From positions 7,899-71,898 of the forward strand of contig JBBRFL010000008.1 in NCBI GenBank assembly GCA_038224325.1: a stretch of 64,000 nucleotides of DNA, given 5' to 3'. The notes beneath the pieces are model-generated. The model made no database searches, was not told the origin of the DNA, and worked only from the letters and a program-made list of their open reading frames with translations. How positions within the stretch are numbered: the first letter of the stretch is position 1; every line of letters starts with the position of its first letter. The translations under genes were made by a program, and so were the position numbers. Origin of the DNA: Thermoanaerobaculia bacterium. GTDB lineage: Bacteria > Acidobacteriota > Thermoanaerobaculia > UBA5066 > Gp7-AA6. Below, one piece after another: positions 32,003 to 40,678 of the stretch.

Positions 32003-33508
32003 ATGAGGTTTCGAAAGGGTCTCATCGCTTTCGCGGGGTTCGTGCTGGCCGGCTCGAGCCTGTTCGGCTCTAGTCACCGGGAAGCGCCGGGAATCACCAA
32101 GACGCCCAAGGTCGACGGCACCGACTTTTACATGTTTCGGAGCTTCGAGAGCGGGCGCTCCGCCTACGTCACGTTTCTGGCCAATTATCAGCCGTTTCAG
32201 GAGGGCGGCGGCCCAAACTTCTACATGTTCGACCCGGACGCCATTTACGAGATTCATATCGACCAGGACGGCGACGCGGTCGAGGATCTGACGTTCCGGT
32301 TCAAGTTCAAGAACGACAACAAGAACTTCACCCTGCCGGTCGGCAATCCCGGACACACGAAGAACGTCGCGATCCCGCTCATCAACAAGGGTCCGATCGG
32401 ACCGGGAAAGGACGACACCGAGAACCTCAACGTCATCGAGAGTTACACCCTCAGGCTGATCCGGGGCGACCGGCGGGAGCTCGGAGATTCCGTTTCGCCG
32501 GTCGTCGAGACCTCGGGGAGCGTCGGAACGTTCTTGAAGCCCGTCGATCGGATCGGGGACAAGACGCTCTCGGCCTATGCCAACTATGCGAACGACCATG
32601 TCTACGACATCCAGATCCCGGGGTGCAATTCGCCCGGCAAGGTTTTCGTCGGTCAGCGCCGGGAGGGGTTCGTCATCAACGTCGATGAGATCTTCGACCT
32701 GATCAACACGGATCCCCTCGGTTCCCCGAGCGGCGAGATCGACGCTCTCGCGGGTAAGAACATCTCCACGCTCGCTCTGGAAGTTCCGATCGCCTGCCTC
32801 GCGAAGCCGGGCCAGCCGATCATCGGTGCATGGACCACGGCGAGCGTCCGCGAGAATTCGCACGGGTCGGACAACGCCTTGGCAGGGCACGGCGAGGACG
32901 ACGAGTTCACGCAGGTCTCGCGTCTGGGCATGCCCCTCGTCAACGAGCTCGTCATCGGGCTCAAGGATAAAGACAGATTCAATGCGAGCGAGCCCAAACA
33001 CGACGCGCGGTTTCTCGACTACGTGACCAACCCGACTCTGCCGGAGCTGATTCAGATCATCGATTCCGCCGTCACGGCGCCCAATATGTTTCCGCGAACC
33101 GATCTCGTCGCGGTTTTCCTCACGGGCATCAGTGGCGTCAACCAGCCTCCCCACGTGGTCCCCGCGGAGATGCTTCGGCTGAACACGGACACCCTTCCCA
33201 AGAGCCCGGCAGACCAGAACCCGCTCGGCGTCATCGGCGCTGACGGCGCCGGCTATCCGAATGGCCGGCGTCCGGGAGACGACGTCGTCGATATCTCGCT
33301 CCGCGTGGTGATGGGTAAGCTCCTTCCCCAGTCCGAGGCGCCTTCGGGCCAACTACCCTTCACCGACGGGGCCTTCATCAACGCGACGGTCGCTTATGAC
33401 CCCGTGACGAAGAGGACGACAACCGACGACTCCCTTCGCCTGTTCCGGGACACGTTCCCGTACTTGAGCACTCCACTCTCCTACTCGCCGGATCCTACCC
33501 ATCAATAG
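32003..33508 (+). CDS. DUF4331-family secreted protein
   Basis: A signal peptide is followed by the family-typical SSHREAPGITKTPKVDGTDFYMF start. An SD (aaaggag) lies upstream. GC is noticeably lower than in the flanking genes. Confidence 0.8.
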   Translation: MRFRKGLIAFAGFVLAGSSLFGSSHREAPGITKTPKVDGTDFYMFRSFESGRSAYVTFLANYQPFQEGGGPNFYMFDPDAIYEIHIDQDGDAVEDLTFRFKFKNDNKNFTLPVGNPGHTKNVAIPLINKGPIGPGKDDTENLNVIESYTLRLIRGDRRELGDSVSPVVETSGSVGTFLKPVDRIGDKTLSAYANYANDHVYDIQIPGCNSPGKVFVGQRREGFVINVDEIFDLINTDPLGSPSGEIDALAGKNISTLALEVPIACLAKPGQPIIGAWTTASVRENSHGSDNALAGHGEDDEFTQVSRLGMPLVNELVIGLKDKDRFNASEPKHDARFLDYVTNPTLPELIQIIDSAVTAPNMFPRTDLVAVFLTGISGVNQPPHVVPAEMLRLNTDTLPKSPADQNPLGVIGADGAGYPNGRRPGDDVVDISLRVVMGKLLPQSEAPSGQLPFTDGAFINATVAYDPVTKRTTTDDSLRLFRDTFPYLSTPLSYSPDPTHQ

Positions 33509-33524
33509 GTTCTCCTTCTCTGGA

Positions 33525-33563
33525 GCCGGGGTCGGGCTCTCGCCCGGCCCCGGCCTTCTTCTC
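33525..33563 (+). terminator. Intrinsic terminator after the DUF4331 gene
   Basis: A 13-bp GC-rich stem (gccggggtcgggc / gcccggccccggc, with one G-U pair) and loop tctc are followed by cttcttctc. Confidence 0.6.
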
Positions 33564-33788
33564 GAAAGGTCCGGAAGGAGTACGAACGAAGGCCATCGTC
33601 TACAAGGGCCCAAGGGGCGGACCCAGAGAATCAACGATTTACCGCTGGGACAGGCGCGGGCGACCCTTGCACCGGCGCGTTGGAATAGAATCTCCGCCTT
33701 GCTAGACTCAGAGCTCCACTCCCCGAAGCCGCCCGTTAAGCCGCCCTCCGCCGGCTTCGAGCACGGCGAACGGTCGGAGTCCTTTCAG

Positions 33789-34811
33789 ATGGGCTCCGTG
33801 GAGCAGCCGCACCGCGAGCGCGCGCAGCGGATTCTCAAGCAGCACCCCGAAGTCCGCCAGCACATCGGAACGAATTCGAACACTTTTTGGATCATGCTCG
33901 CGATCATCGCCGCCGAAGTCGCAATGGCGGCCGCCTTGAGCTCCAGTCCGTGGTGGCTGATTCTCCTCGCGGCCGCGTTCGTGGGCGCGTTCCTCAGTCA
34001 CAACCTCTGGGTCATCATCCATGAATGCACGCATAACCTGGTCTTCCGCTCGCGCGCGGCCAACACGGTGTCCGGCATCATGGCCAACCTGCCGCACCTC
34101 TTCCCGAGCGCGGTGCTCTTCGGGCGCTATCACGCGCGGCACCACGCGTTCTTGGGAGTCTACGAGCTCGACGCGGACCTCCCCTACCGATGGGAGGCTC
34201 GCCTCATCGGACGATCCGCCGTCCGCAAGACGATCTGGATGATTCTCTTCCCGATCGTGCAGTCGATTCGGCCCGCTCGCCTCAAGGAGATCAAGCCCAT
34301 CGATCGATGGGTCGTCCTCAACTTCGCCGCCCAAATCCTCTTCGACATCGCGGTCTGGCGCGTGCTGGGCCCGGGAGCATTCTGGTTTCTCTTCGCTTCG
34401 TTCTTCCTCGCCCTCGGGCTGCATCCGCTGGGGGCCCGCTGGATCCAGGAGCACTACATCTTCGCGGACGGCCAGGCCACGTCGAGCTACTACGGATTCA
34501 TCAATCGATTCGCGCTGAACATCGGCCACCACAACGAGCATCACGACTTTCCGTCCGTGCCGTGGAACAAGCTCCCCGTGCTCCGGCGCACCGCCCCCGA
34601 GGAGTACGACACGCTCCACAGTCACCGGTCCTGGACGCGGGTGCTGTGGCAATTCCTGTTCGATCCGGAGATGTCCCTCTACTCGCGGCAGGTCCGTCCG
34701 CGTCCCGGCCGGGTACGCGTGAACGATGAGAAGAATCACGACGTGGAGCTGATCGAGTCGGACTCGCCGGACCTCGCCGTCTCGCGCGCGACGCCCGCCG
34801 CGACGTCCTAG
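33789..34811 (+). CDS. Sphingolipid (dihydroceramide) delta-4 desaturase homologue, DEGS/Lipid_DES plus FA_desaturase type
   Basis: Full-length collinearity with animal DEGS1 as I remember it. The N-terminus is MGS...QPHRERAQRILKQHPEV. The His boxes are IHECTHN, RYHARHHAFLG, GLHPLGARWIQEHY and GHHNEHHDFPSVPWNKLP. The C-terminus is SWTRVLWQFLFDPEMSLYSR. I prefer the ATG at 33789 to the TTG at 33699. Confidence 0.85.
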   Translation: MGSVEQPHRERAQRILKQHPEVRQHIGTNSNTFWIMLAIIAAEVAMAAALSSSPWWLILLAAAFVGAFLSHNLWVIIHECTHNLVFRSRAANTVSGIMANLPHLFPSAVLFGRYHARHHAFLGVYELDADLPYRWEARLIGRSAVRKTIWMILFPIVQSIRPARLKEIKPIDRWVVLNFAAQILFDIAVWRVLGPGAFWFLFASFFLALGLHPLGARWIQEHYIFADGQATSSYYGFINRFALNIGHHNEHHDFPSVPWNKLPVLRRTAPEEYDTLHSHRSWTRVLWQFLFDPEMSLYSRQVRPRPGRVRVNDEKNHDVELIESDSPDLAVSRATPAATS

Positions 34812-34882
34812 CTCGCTCCGGCTCCGTTTTTGGGAACCCCCGCGCGGGTTCCGGGTTCTTCTCTCGGTGAGGAGGAACCGCC

Positions 34883-35035
34883 ATGTTCGACGACTCGCTG
34901 CTCGAGTCCCGGCCGACTCCGCCCTCCGCCGGAAAGCGACTCGGTTTCCCCCTCGCCATCGGGCTGCAAGCCCTGTTGATCGGAGCCTTCGTGGGCGCCT
35001 CCGCGTGGTTCACGGGCGAATGCCCGAGCCGTTGA
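34883..35035 (+). pseudogene. TonB N-terminal fragment (50 codons), truncated or frameshifted
   Basis: A strong SD (gaggagg) precedes the ATG. The sequence MFDDSLLESRPTPPSAGKRLGFPLAIGLQALLIGAFVGASAWFTGE is a typical TonB N-terminus plus TM helix, followed by a stop. Only about 170 nt remain before the convergent porin gene, so no Pro-rich or C-terminal TonB domain can be encoded. Confidence 0.5.
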
Positions 35036-35206
35036 TCGCGGTGGCTTTCCGGCGTCCGCGTTGGCGCCGCGGGCGCCCGTCGGAGGCGGTGAGGTGGTCC
35101 GGGTGTCGTCGTCGTCGGGCTCGCGGCCGCACCGCCACCCTGCACGGGCGGAGCGTCTCCGTGTATCTCACGGTGACGGTGGATTTCCACCTGAGAAGCT
35201 GAAACC

Positions 35207-36439
35207 TCAGAGGAACAACTGCGCCTGGAGCCGGACGAGCTGGTCGCTGGCCGGCTCTCCGGTGGCTCGCTGCCGGTGCGTCCGCGAGTAGTCGAGCTGG
35301 AGCTTCACGTGGTTGCCCCGGAAGTACCAGGTCGACGCGCCCGTTAAGACCGAGGCCTGGTCGCGGAAAACCGAGCGGTTCGCGTCGACCACGGAGTACC
35401 GCACGGCGAGGTCGAGCGTTCGCGGGATCACCAGGAAGCCCGCCTGTCCGTACCAGCCGTACGCCCGCAGGACGGCGGAGCTCGTGTCGCCCTTCGCGTG
35501 CCCGACAAGGTACTCGCCCTGCACGGACAGCCCCCTCCACTTCAGCTGCAGATCGGCGCTGGCGGACTCGATGGAGACGTTCTCTCCCGTGGCGAAGAGG
35601 CCGAGGCTCTTGCCGAACCAGCCCGTCGCGCTCGCGTAGTTCGGAATGGCGCTCTCGAGGACGCCGTCTCCGGTCTTGCGCAGGGTGTTCGTGAAGCCGT
35701 CGATTCCGACGGAAAGCGCGGGCGTCGCGTGTCCCTCGAGGTCCGCCTCCCCCGACCCCATCGTCCCGACCGGATTGAGGACGATCCGGGCCATCGGCAT
35801 CACGTGGTCGCTCGCGCGCAGAGTGTTCTGTCCGCCGCCGCCGAACACCCCCGCGACGTACGTCACCCGGCCGCCTCCGAGCGATCCGAGGAGGGCCGCC
35901 CCGGTGTCGCGGCCGGGTTTGAAGGCGTCCACGGCGGAGGCTCGCTCCTGGAACTCGATGACGCCGTCGTTGTAGAGCTCGTTGCGGCTATACGGCGTCT
36001 TCGACTCTCCCAGCTGCGCGGACACCTCGTCCCGGAACTTGTAGTTCAGCCAGAGGTCGTCGAGAAGAAGCCTCGTGCTATTGACGTTCTCGAAGGCGAG
36101 CTGCATCCGATAGTTCAGCCGGGGGTCGAAGGCGTACCCCGTGAAGTAGAGCTTGAACCGCCGAACGCGGAACTCGTTCGTGTCCTCGGCGGCGCCCGGG
36201 ATCTGGTCGAAATCGAATCGCGTGAACCGTAGCTGCAGGTTGAAGCCGACCGCCATCTCGACTAGGCGGTCCGGCGTCCGAAAGGCGAATCCCCGCATCG
36301 GGATGTACTCGATGGCCGGCGCCGCGGGCGGGGCCGCCGACGGCTCCGCGGGTGCGGCGGGCTCGGGGACCTCATCCGCCCGGAGGACGCCCGGACCCAG
36401 CATGGCCCCACAGAGGATGGTGGCCGCCCACGTCTTCAT
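35207..36439 (-). CDS. Outer-membrane anion porin (phosphate-selective porin O/P family-like)
   Basis: Start chosen at MKTWAATILCGAMLGPGVLRA (signal peptide; SD aaaggag). The rest shows an alternating beta-strand pattern, for example FNLQLRFTRFDF and RMQLAFENV. Confidence 0.7.
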   Translation of the reverse strand: MKTWAATILCGAMLGPGVLRADEVPEPAAPAEPSAAPPAAPAIEYIPMRGFAFRTPDRLVEMAVGFNLQLRFTRFDFDQIPGAAEDTNEFRVRRFKLYFTGYAFDPRLNYRMQLAFENVNSTRLLLDDLWLNYKFRDEVSAQLGESKTPYSRNELYNDGVIEFQERASAVDAFKPGRDTGAALLGSLGGGRVTYVAGVFGGGGQNTLRASDHVMPMARIVLNPVGTMGSGEADLEGHATPALSVGIDGFTNTLRKTGDGVLESAIPNYASATGWFGKSLGLFATGENVSIESASADLQLKWRGLSVQGEYLVGHAKGDTSSAVLRAYGWYGQAGFLVIPRTLDLAVRYSVVDANRSVFRDQASVLTGASTWYFRGNHVKLQLDYSRTHRQRATGEPASDQLVRLQAQLFL

Positions 36440-36497
36440 GTCTTTCTCCTTTACGAAAGCTCGGGCGGAGCATCTCGATTTTGGTCGCCTCTTGCAA

Positions 36498-36526
36498 ATA
36501 GAATCGGCTTGAATCGCATAGAATCG
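36498..36526. promoter_or_regulatory. Three GAATCG direct repeats at exact 10-bp phasing in the porin / mod-regulator divergent region
   Basis: GAATCG occurs at 36501, 36511 and 36521. ATAGAATCG occurs twice (36498 and 36518). The last copy ends 4 nt before the ATG at 36531. Confidence 0.35.
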
Positions 36527-36530
36527 CCCG

Positions 36531-36941
36531 ATGAGGAAACCGGAAAGCCCCGTCCTCACGGCCGCGCAGGCCGCAAGGGCGCTCGGCGTAAGCTACTCGA
36601 CCGTCAAGCAGTGGATCTACGGGAAGCGGATCCGATCGGTCCGCACCCCCGGCGGGCACCATCGGATCCCGGCGAGCGAGATCCGCCGCCTCGGCGCCGT
36701 CGCTCCCGGCGGAGCCGCCGCCCCCACTGGCCTGGACTCGATCAGCGGCCGCAATCAGCTCCTCGGCACCGTGGCCCGGATTCGCGAGTCCGGGCTTCTG
36801 GCCGAGGTCACCCTCCACGTCGGCGACCAGACCCTGACGGCGATCATCACGAAGGCCGCGGTCCGGCAGCTCCGGCTGAAACCCGGTTCACCCGCCTACG
36901 CGCTGGTCAAGGCCACCGAAGTCATGATCATCCGGGCCTGA
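36531..36941 (+). CDS. MerR/excisionase-type HTH plus TOBE (Mop) domain regulator, putative molybdate-responsive
   Basis: The HTH reads LTAAQAARALGVSYSTVKQWIYGKRIRSVRTPGGHHRIP. The TOBE domain reads SGRNQLLGTVARIRESGLLAEVTLHVGDQTLTAIITKAAVRQLRLKPGSPAYALVKATEVMI. It lies directly upstream of modABC. Confidence 0.8.
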   Translation: MRKPESPVLTAAQAARALGVSYSTVKQWIYGKRIRSVRTPGGHHRIPASEIRRLGAVAPGGAAAPTGLDSISGRNQLLGTVARIRESGLLAEVTLHVGDQTLTAIITKAAVRQLRLKPGSPAYALVKATEVMIIRA

Positions 36942-36956
36942 CGATAGGAGAAACCC

Positions 36957-37715
36957 ATGCGCAAGTCGTGGCTTCTCGCACTCGTCTGTTTCGCATTGCT
37001 CGTCGTCGGAATCGCCGAACCCCGGCCGGAGATCCTCGTCTTCGGCGCGGCGAGCCTGACCGAGTCGCTCGAGGAGCTCGGGAAGTCCTACGGAGAGAAG
37101 TCCGGCACGCGGGTCGTCTTCTCCTTCGGCGCCTCGAGCGACCTCGCCCGCCAGGTCCAGGCGGGCGCTCCGGCCGACGTCTTCTTCTCGGCCGACACCG
37201 CGAAGATGGATGCGCTGGAGAGGGCCGGTCTCGTCCGGGCGGGCGACCGGCGCGAATTCCTCTCCAACGGCCTCGTGGTCGTCGTTCCCTCCGACTCGAC
37301 GCGCAGGGTCTCCAACGCCGAAGATCTCGTGAGCCTGCCGAGAATCGCTCTCGCCGATCCGGCCGCGGTCCCGGCGGGCATCTACGCGAAGAAGTGGCTC
37401 GCCGGCCTCGGGCTCTGGGAGCGCATCGCGCCGAGAGTCGTTCCGACGCTGGACGTCCGGGCCGCGCTGGCGGCGGTGGAGACCGGCGCGATCCCGGCGG
37501 CGGTCGTGTACCGCACCGACGCCTCCACCGCGAGATCCGCGCGCGTCGCCTTCGCGGTGGTAAACGGCCCCGAGATCCTCTACTCGGTCGCCCCGGTTGC
37601 CTCTTCGAAGAACTCACAGGCTGCGGCCGCGTTCGTGGCGTTCCTCGCGGGGCCCGAGGGTCGGGGCGAGTTCACCAAACGGGGGTTCGTGATTCGCGGC
37701 ACAGTGCAGCGGTGA
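36957..37715 (+). CDS. modA: Molybdate ABC transporter substrate-binding protein
   Basis: Signal peptide, then ILVFGAASLTESLEELGK...FSFGASSDLARQVQAGAPADVFFSAD. Confidence 0.9.
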   Translation: MRKSWLLALVCFALLVVGIAEPRPEILVFGAASLTESLEELGKSYGEKSGTRVVFSFGASSDLARQVQAGAPADVFFSADTAKMDALERAGLVRAGDRREFLSNGLVVVVPSDSTRRVSNAEDLVSLPRIALADPAAVPAGIYAKKWLAGLGLWERIAPRVVPTLDVRAALAAVETGAIPAAVVYRTDASTARSARVAFAVVNGPEILYSVAPVASSKNSQAAAAFVAFLAGPEGRGEFTKRGFVIRGTVQR

Positions 37716-38389
37716 GGGCCGACGACTTCTCGATCTTTCTGCTGACCCTCCGCGTGGCGGCGATCGCCACGCTGCTCATCCTGCCGCTCGGAATCTTCGC
37801 GGCGTGGCATCTCGCGCGCAGGGGCGGCGCCCTGCGCACGTTGCTGGAAACCGTTGTCTCGCTCCCACTGGTGCTCCCGCCGACGGCGGTGGGCCTGCTG
37901 CTGCTCGAAGCCCTCCGGACGCACGGGCCGCTCGGCCGCCTGCTCGATCGCGCAGGCATCGAGATTCTCTTCACCTGGAAGGCCGTCGTCCTGGCGACCG
38001 CGGTGATGTCCTTCCCGCTCCTGGTGCGGCCCATGCGCACCGCATTCGAAGAGATCGATCCGCGCCTGCTTGCGATGGGCCGGTCGCTCGGGAGCGGCCC
38101 CGTCGCGGTCTTCCGCCGCGTCGCCCTGCCGCTGGCGTGGCGAGGGACGCTCGCCGGAGTTCTGCTCGCCTTTTCGCGGGCGCTCGGTGAGTTCGGGGCG
38201 ACCATCATGATCGCGGGAAGCATTCCGGGCCGCACGCAGACCATGGCTCTCGCGATCTTCCAGCGTACGCATATCGGTCAGGACGAGGGCGCCATGCGGC
38301 TCGTCGCTGTGACGGTCGTCATCGCCTTTGCGATCGTCTGGACGTCCGAGGTCCTGACGCGCCGCCGCACCCAGCGGACTGCAGCGTGA
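37712..38389 (+). CDS. modB: Molybdate ABC transporter permease
   Basis: The GTG overlaps the modA stop. An EAA-type loop (FSRALGEFGATIMIAG) is present and the context is modA/modC. Confidence 0.9.
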   Translation: MRADDFSIFLLTLRVAAIATLLILPLGIFAAWHLARRGGALRTLLETVVSLPLVLPPTAVGLLLLEALRTHGPLGRLLDRAGIEILFTWKAVVLATAVMSFPLLVRPMRTAFEEIDPRLLAMGRSLGSGPVAVFRRVALPLAWRGTLAGVLLAFSRALGEFGATIMIAGSIPGRTQTMALAIFQRTHIGQDEGAMRLVAVTVVIAFAIVWTSEVLTRRRTQRTAA

Positions 38390-39450
38390 TCGATCTCGAG
38401 ATCGTGCTGCCTCTCTCCACCTTCGAGCTTCGCATCACGGCGATTCTCGCGGGGGACACGGTCGCCGTTCTCGGGCCCTCGGGCTCGGGAAAGACCTCTC
38501 TGCTCGAGACGATCGCAGGCCTGCGGCCGAGAGCCGTCGGGCGCATCGCGATCGCCGGCGAGAAGCTCCTCGATTCCGCCGCAGGCCTCTTCGTTCCGCC
38601 GGAGAGACGTCGGATCGGATATGTCCCGCAGGACGCGTGCCTGTTTCCGCACCTGGACGTCGCGGGCAACGTCCGCTTCGGGATGGGGCGGAGCGCGTCG
38701 GACGAGACCCTGGTCGCGGAGGCCGTCTCGATCCTTGAGATCGGCGATCTGCTCGACCGCTACCCCGCGACGCTCTCGGGAGGGGAGCGCCAGCGCGTGG
38801 CCCTGGCGCGCGCGATCGCGACCGCGCCGCGACTGCTTCTCCTGGACGAGCCGCTGGCCGCGGTGGACCCCGAGTTGAAGGGGCGGATCCTCCCGTACCT
38901 GCTCCGCGTGCGCGACTCGCTGCACATTCCGTTTCTCTACGTGACGCACAACGCGGGCGAGGCCCGCGCCGTCGCGCGGGAGGCGGTCGTCCTCCGGAGA
39001 GGCACCGTGGTCTTCGCCGGCGCTCCGGACGACGCGCTGCGCCCGACGTCGCTGGCCGATCCGGAGGCGCGGTTCGACAACATCCTCACGGGATCGCTCG
39101 AGGACGACCGGTCCGGCGCCGGTAGCGGTGTCCTTCGAGTGGGAGAGTCGCTCCTCGCGGTTCCCCCGGCGGATCGCGAGGTGCCGGCCGAGGGCGTCGT
39201 CTTCTCCGTAGCGCCGGAGGACGTTCTGGTGTCCACGCGGCCGCTCGAGGGGATCTCCGCGCGCAACGTTCTGGCTGGAACCGTCGTCTCCCGCGAGCTG
39301 TCGGGCGCGACGGCGTGGATCCGGGTCTCCGCGCGGGGCATCGAGTGGACCGCCCGATTGACGATCGGAGCCGCCGAGGAGCTCCGCCTGCGGCCCGGGA
39401 TGGCCGTCTGGATCGCCGTGAAGACGCACGCCTTCCGGCGGCTGCGCTGA
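38386..39450 (+). CDS. modC: Molybdate ABC transporter ATP-binding protein with a C-terminal TOBE domain
   Basis: The GTG overlaps the modB stop. Walker A GPSGSGKTS, the signature LSGGERQRVALARA and Walker B LLLLDEP are present. Confidence 0.9.
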   Translation: MIDLEIVLPLSTFELRITAILAGDTVAVLGPSGSGKTSLLETIAGLRPRAVGRIAIAGEKLLDSAAGLFVPPERRRIGYVPQDACLFPHLDVAGNVRFGMGRSASDETLVAEAVSILEIGDLLDRYPATLSGGERQRVALARAIATAPRLLLLDEPLAAVDPELKGRILPYLLRVRDSLHIPFLYVTHNAGEARAVAREAVVLRRGTVVFAGAPDDALRPTSLADPEARFDNILTGSLEDDRSGAGSGVLRVGESLLAVPPADREVPAEGVVFSVAPEDVLVSTRPLEGISARNVLAGTVVSRELSGATAWIRVSARGIEWTARLTIGAAEELRLRPGMAVWIAVKTHAFRRLR

Positions 39451-39547
39451 GCGGCCGGTCCCGGGATTTGCCGGACCGGTCCGGGAAGGCTTGACCCGCG
39501 GAACTCGTCTCCCTAAGGTGGCCGCGAACAGAGGAGAGTCCAAGTAA

Positions 39548-40090
39548 ATGGTCGCGATCCTGCCCGCGCTCATCGGCGTTCTTGCCCTCACCCTGGGCGA
39601 CGCCGATGTCGTCCGTGTCCCCGCGCATCCCGCGGCAAGGCCCACGGCCCCGATCGCCCCCTGCTCCTCCGCACAGCACCGCCAGTTCGATTTCTGGCTC
39701 GGCGAGTGGGAGGTGACCGAAGGCGGGAAGGTCGCTGGGCACAACCGCATCACCCGGATTCTCGGAGGCTGCGCCCTGCGCGAGGAATGGACGGGAGCGG
39801 GCGGCACCAACGGCACCAGCCTGAACGTGTACGACGAGGCGACGCGGCGGTGGCGCCAGTCCTGGGTGGACGACAAGGGAAACGTTCTGCTGCTGGAGGG
39901 CGCACTCTCGGGCGGACAGATGGTCCTCGAGGGCGAGCGCCCCGTCGCCAACGGCAAGACCGCGCGGCAGCGGATCCGGTGGACGCCACTCTCGGGCGGC
40001 CGGGTGCGCCAGCTCTGGGAGAGCTCCGGCGATTCCGGCAAGACGTGGGAAACGGCTTTCGACGGGACCTACTCCCCGAAAAAGCGCTGA
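39548..40090 (+). CDS. Secreted hypothetical protein
   Basis: A signal-like N-terminus is followed by QFDFWLGEWEV...CALREEW...RQSWVDDKGNVLLLEG. Codon bias is coding-like. I cannot name the family with confidence. Confidence 0.6.
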   Translation: MVAILPALIGVLALTLGDADVVRVPAHPAARPTAPIAPCSSAQHRQFDFWLGEWEVTEGGKVAGHNRITRILGGCALREEWTGAGGTNGTSLNVYDEATRRWRQSWVDDKGNVLLLEGALSGGQMVLEGERPVANGKTARQRIRWTPLSGGRVRQLWESSGDSGKTWETAFDGTYSPKKR

Positions 40091-40156
40091 CTCGGGGGAC
40101 GTGGTGGCGGCCAGCGGGGGCCGCCCTCGGGAGGCGACGCGTCCCCCACCCCGCCC

Positions 40157-40507
40157 CTACGAACCGAGCCCCTTGGGTTGGCTCGCCAGCCAGCGCTCGA
40201 TCGCGGCCCGCTCCTCCGGGCCCTTCACTCGCCGCAGGACCCCCTCCGCGTGCGAGGCGACGACCTCGGAGTGATCGAAGGGCATCCGCCCGTACATGAC
40301 CCCGCCGGGCTCATGGCAGGGCGCGCAGTGCGCGAGCAGCACGGGACGGACGGTCGAGGCAAAGAGGTCCAGCGTCGGAGTCGGCGTCGACGAGGGGACG
40401 GCCGCCGAGGCCGGCGGAGGGGCCGCGGCCGTGCTCGAGCAGTTCCGGCCGGGGAGCAGCCAGAAGGGGACGAGAAGACCCGCCGCGGCCGCGAACCGAT
40501 GCTTCAT
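40157..40507 (-). CDS. Small secreted mono-haem c-type cytochrome domain protein
   Basis: It has a signal peptide (MKHRFAAAAGLLVPFWLL) and a single CxxCH motif in LFASTVRPVLLAHCAPCHEPGG. Start chosen at 40507; 40519 is also possible. Confidence 0.6.
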   Translation of the reverse strand: MKHRFAAAAGLLVPFWLLPGRNCSSTAAAPPPASAAVPSSTPTPTLDLFASTVRPVLLAHCAPCHEPGGVMYGRMPFDHSEVVASHAEGVLRRVKGPEERAAIERWLASQPKGLGS

Positions 40508-40678
40508 ACCCCGCCGCATTCTCCCCTCACGGACGCGATACACGAAGGACGGAATCCGGAATCGCACGTTCATCGGGACGAATGCCCGCGGCCCGGGACG
40601 GCGTCGTCGGACTCGTCCCGGAAAACCGGCCCTTTGTCCTGAGATCGTTCCCCGCGGTCCGCCGGACACAGGCGTCGT

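Noticed and set aside
30683-35206. Calling the tRNA-Thr-adjacent lower-GC block a genomic island or integrative mobile element.
   Set aside because: No integrase, recombinase, transposase or phage gene is present. I could not find a direct repeat of the tRNA 3-prime end; the only match is a 9-nt gtcatcggc inside the DUF4331 CDS, which is not significant. It is kept only as a compositional observation.
34867-35291. ORFs 34867..35202(+) and 35061..35291(+) as possible continuations of the TonB stub.
   Set aside because: Neither frame yields a Pro-rich spacer or a TonB C-terminal domain. The second runs antisense into the porin gene. The space available is too short for a TonB.
36440-36956. A possible molybdenum-cofactor (Moco) riboswitch or classical ModE operator upstream of modA.
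   Set aside because: The only non-coding space is the 91-nt divergent region and a 15-nt gap before modA, which is too short for a Moco riboswitch. The E. coli-type ModE inverted repeat (ATCGCTATATA...TATATAACGAT as I remember it) is not present. Only the GAATCG direct repeats are reported.
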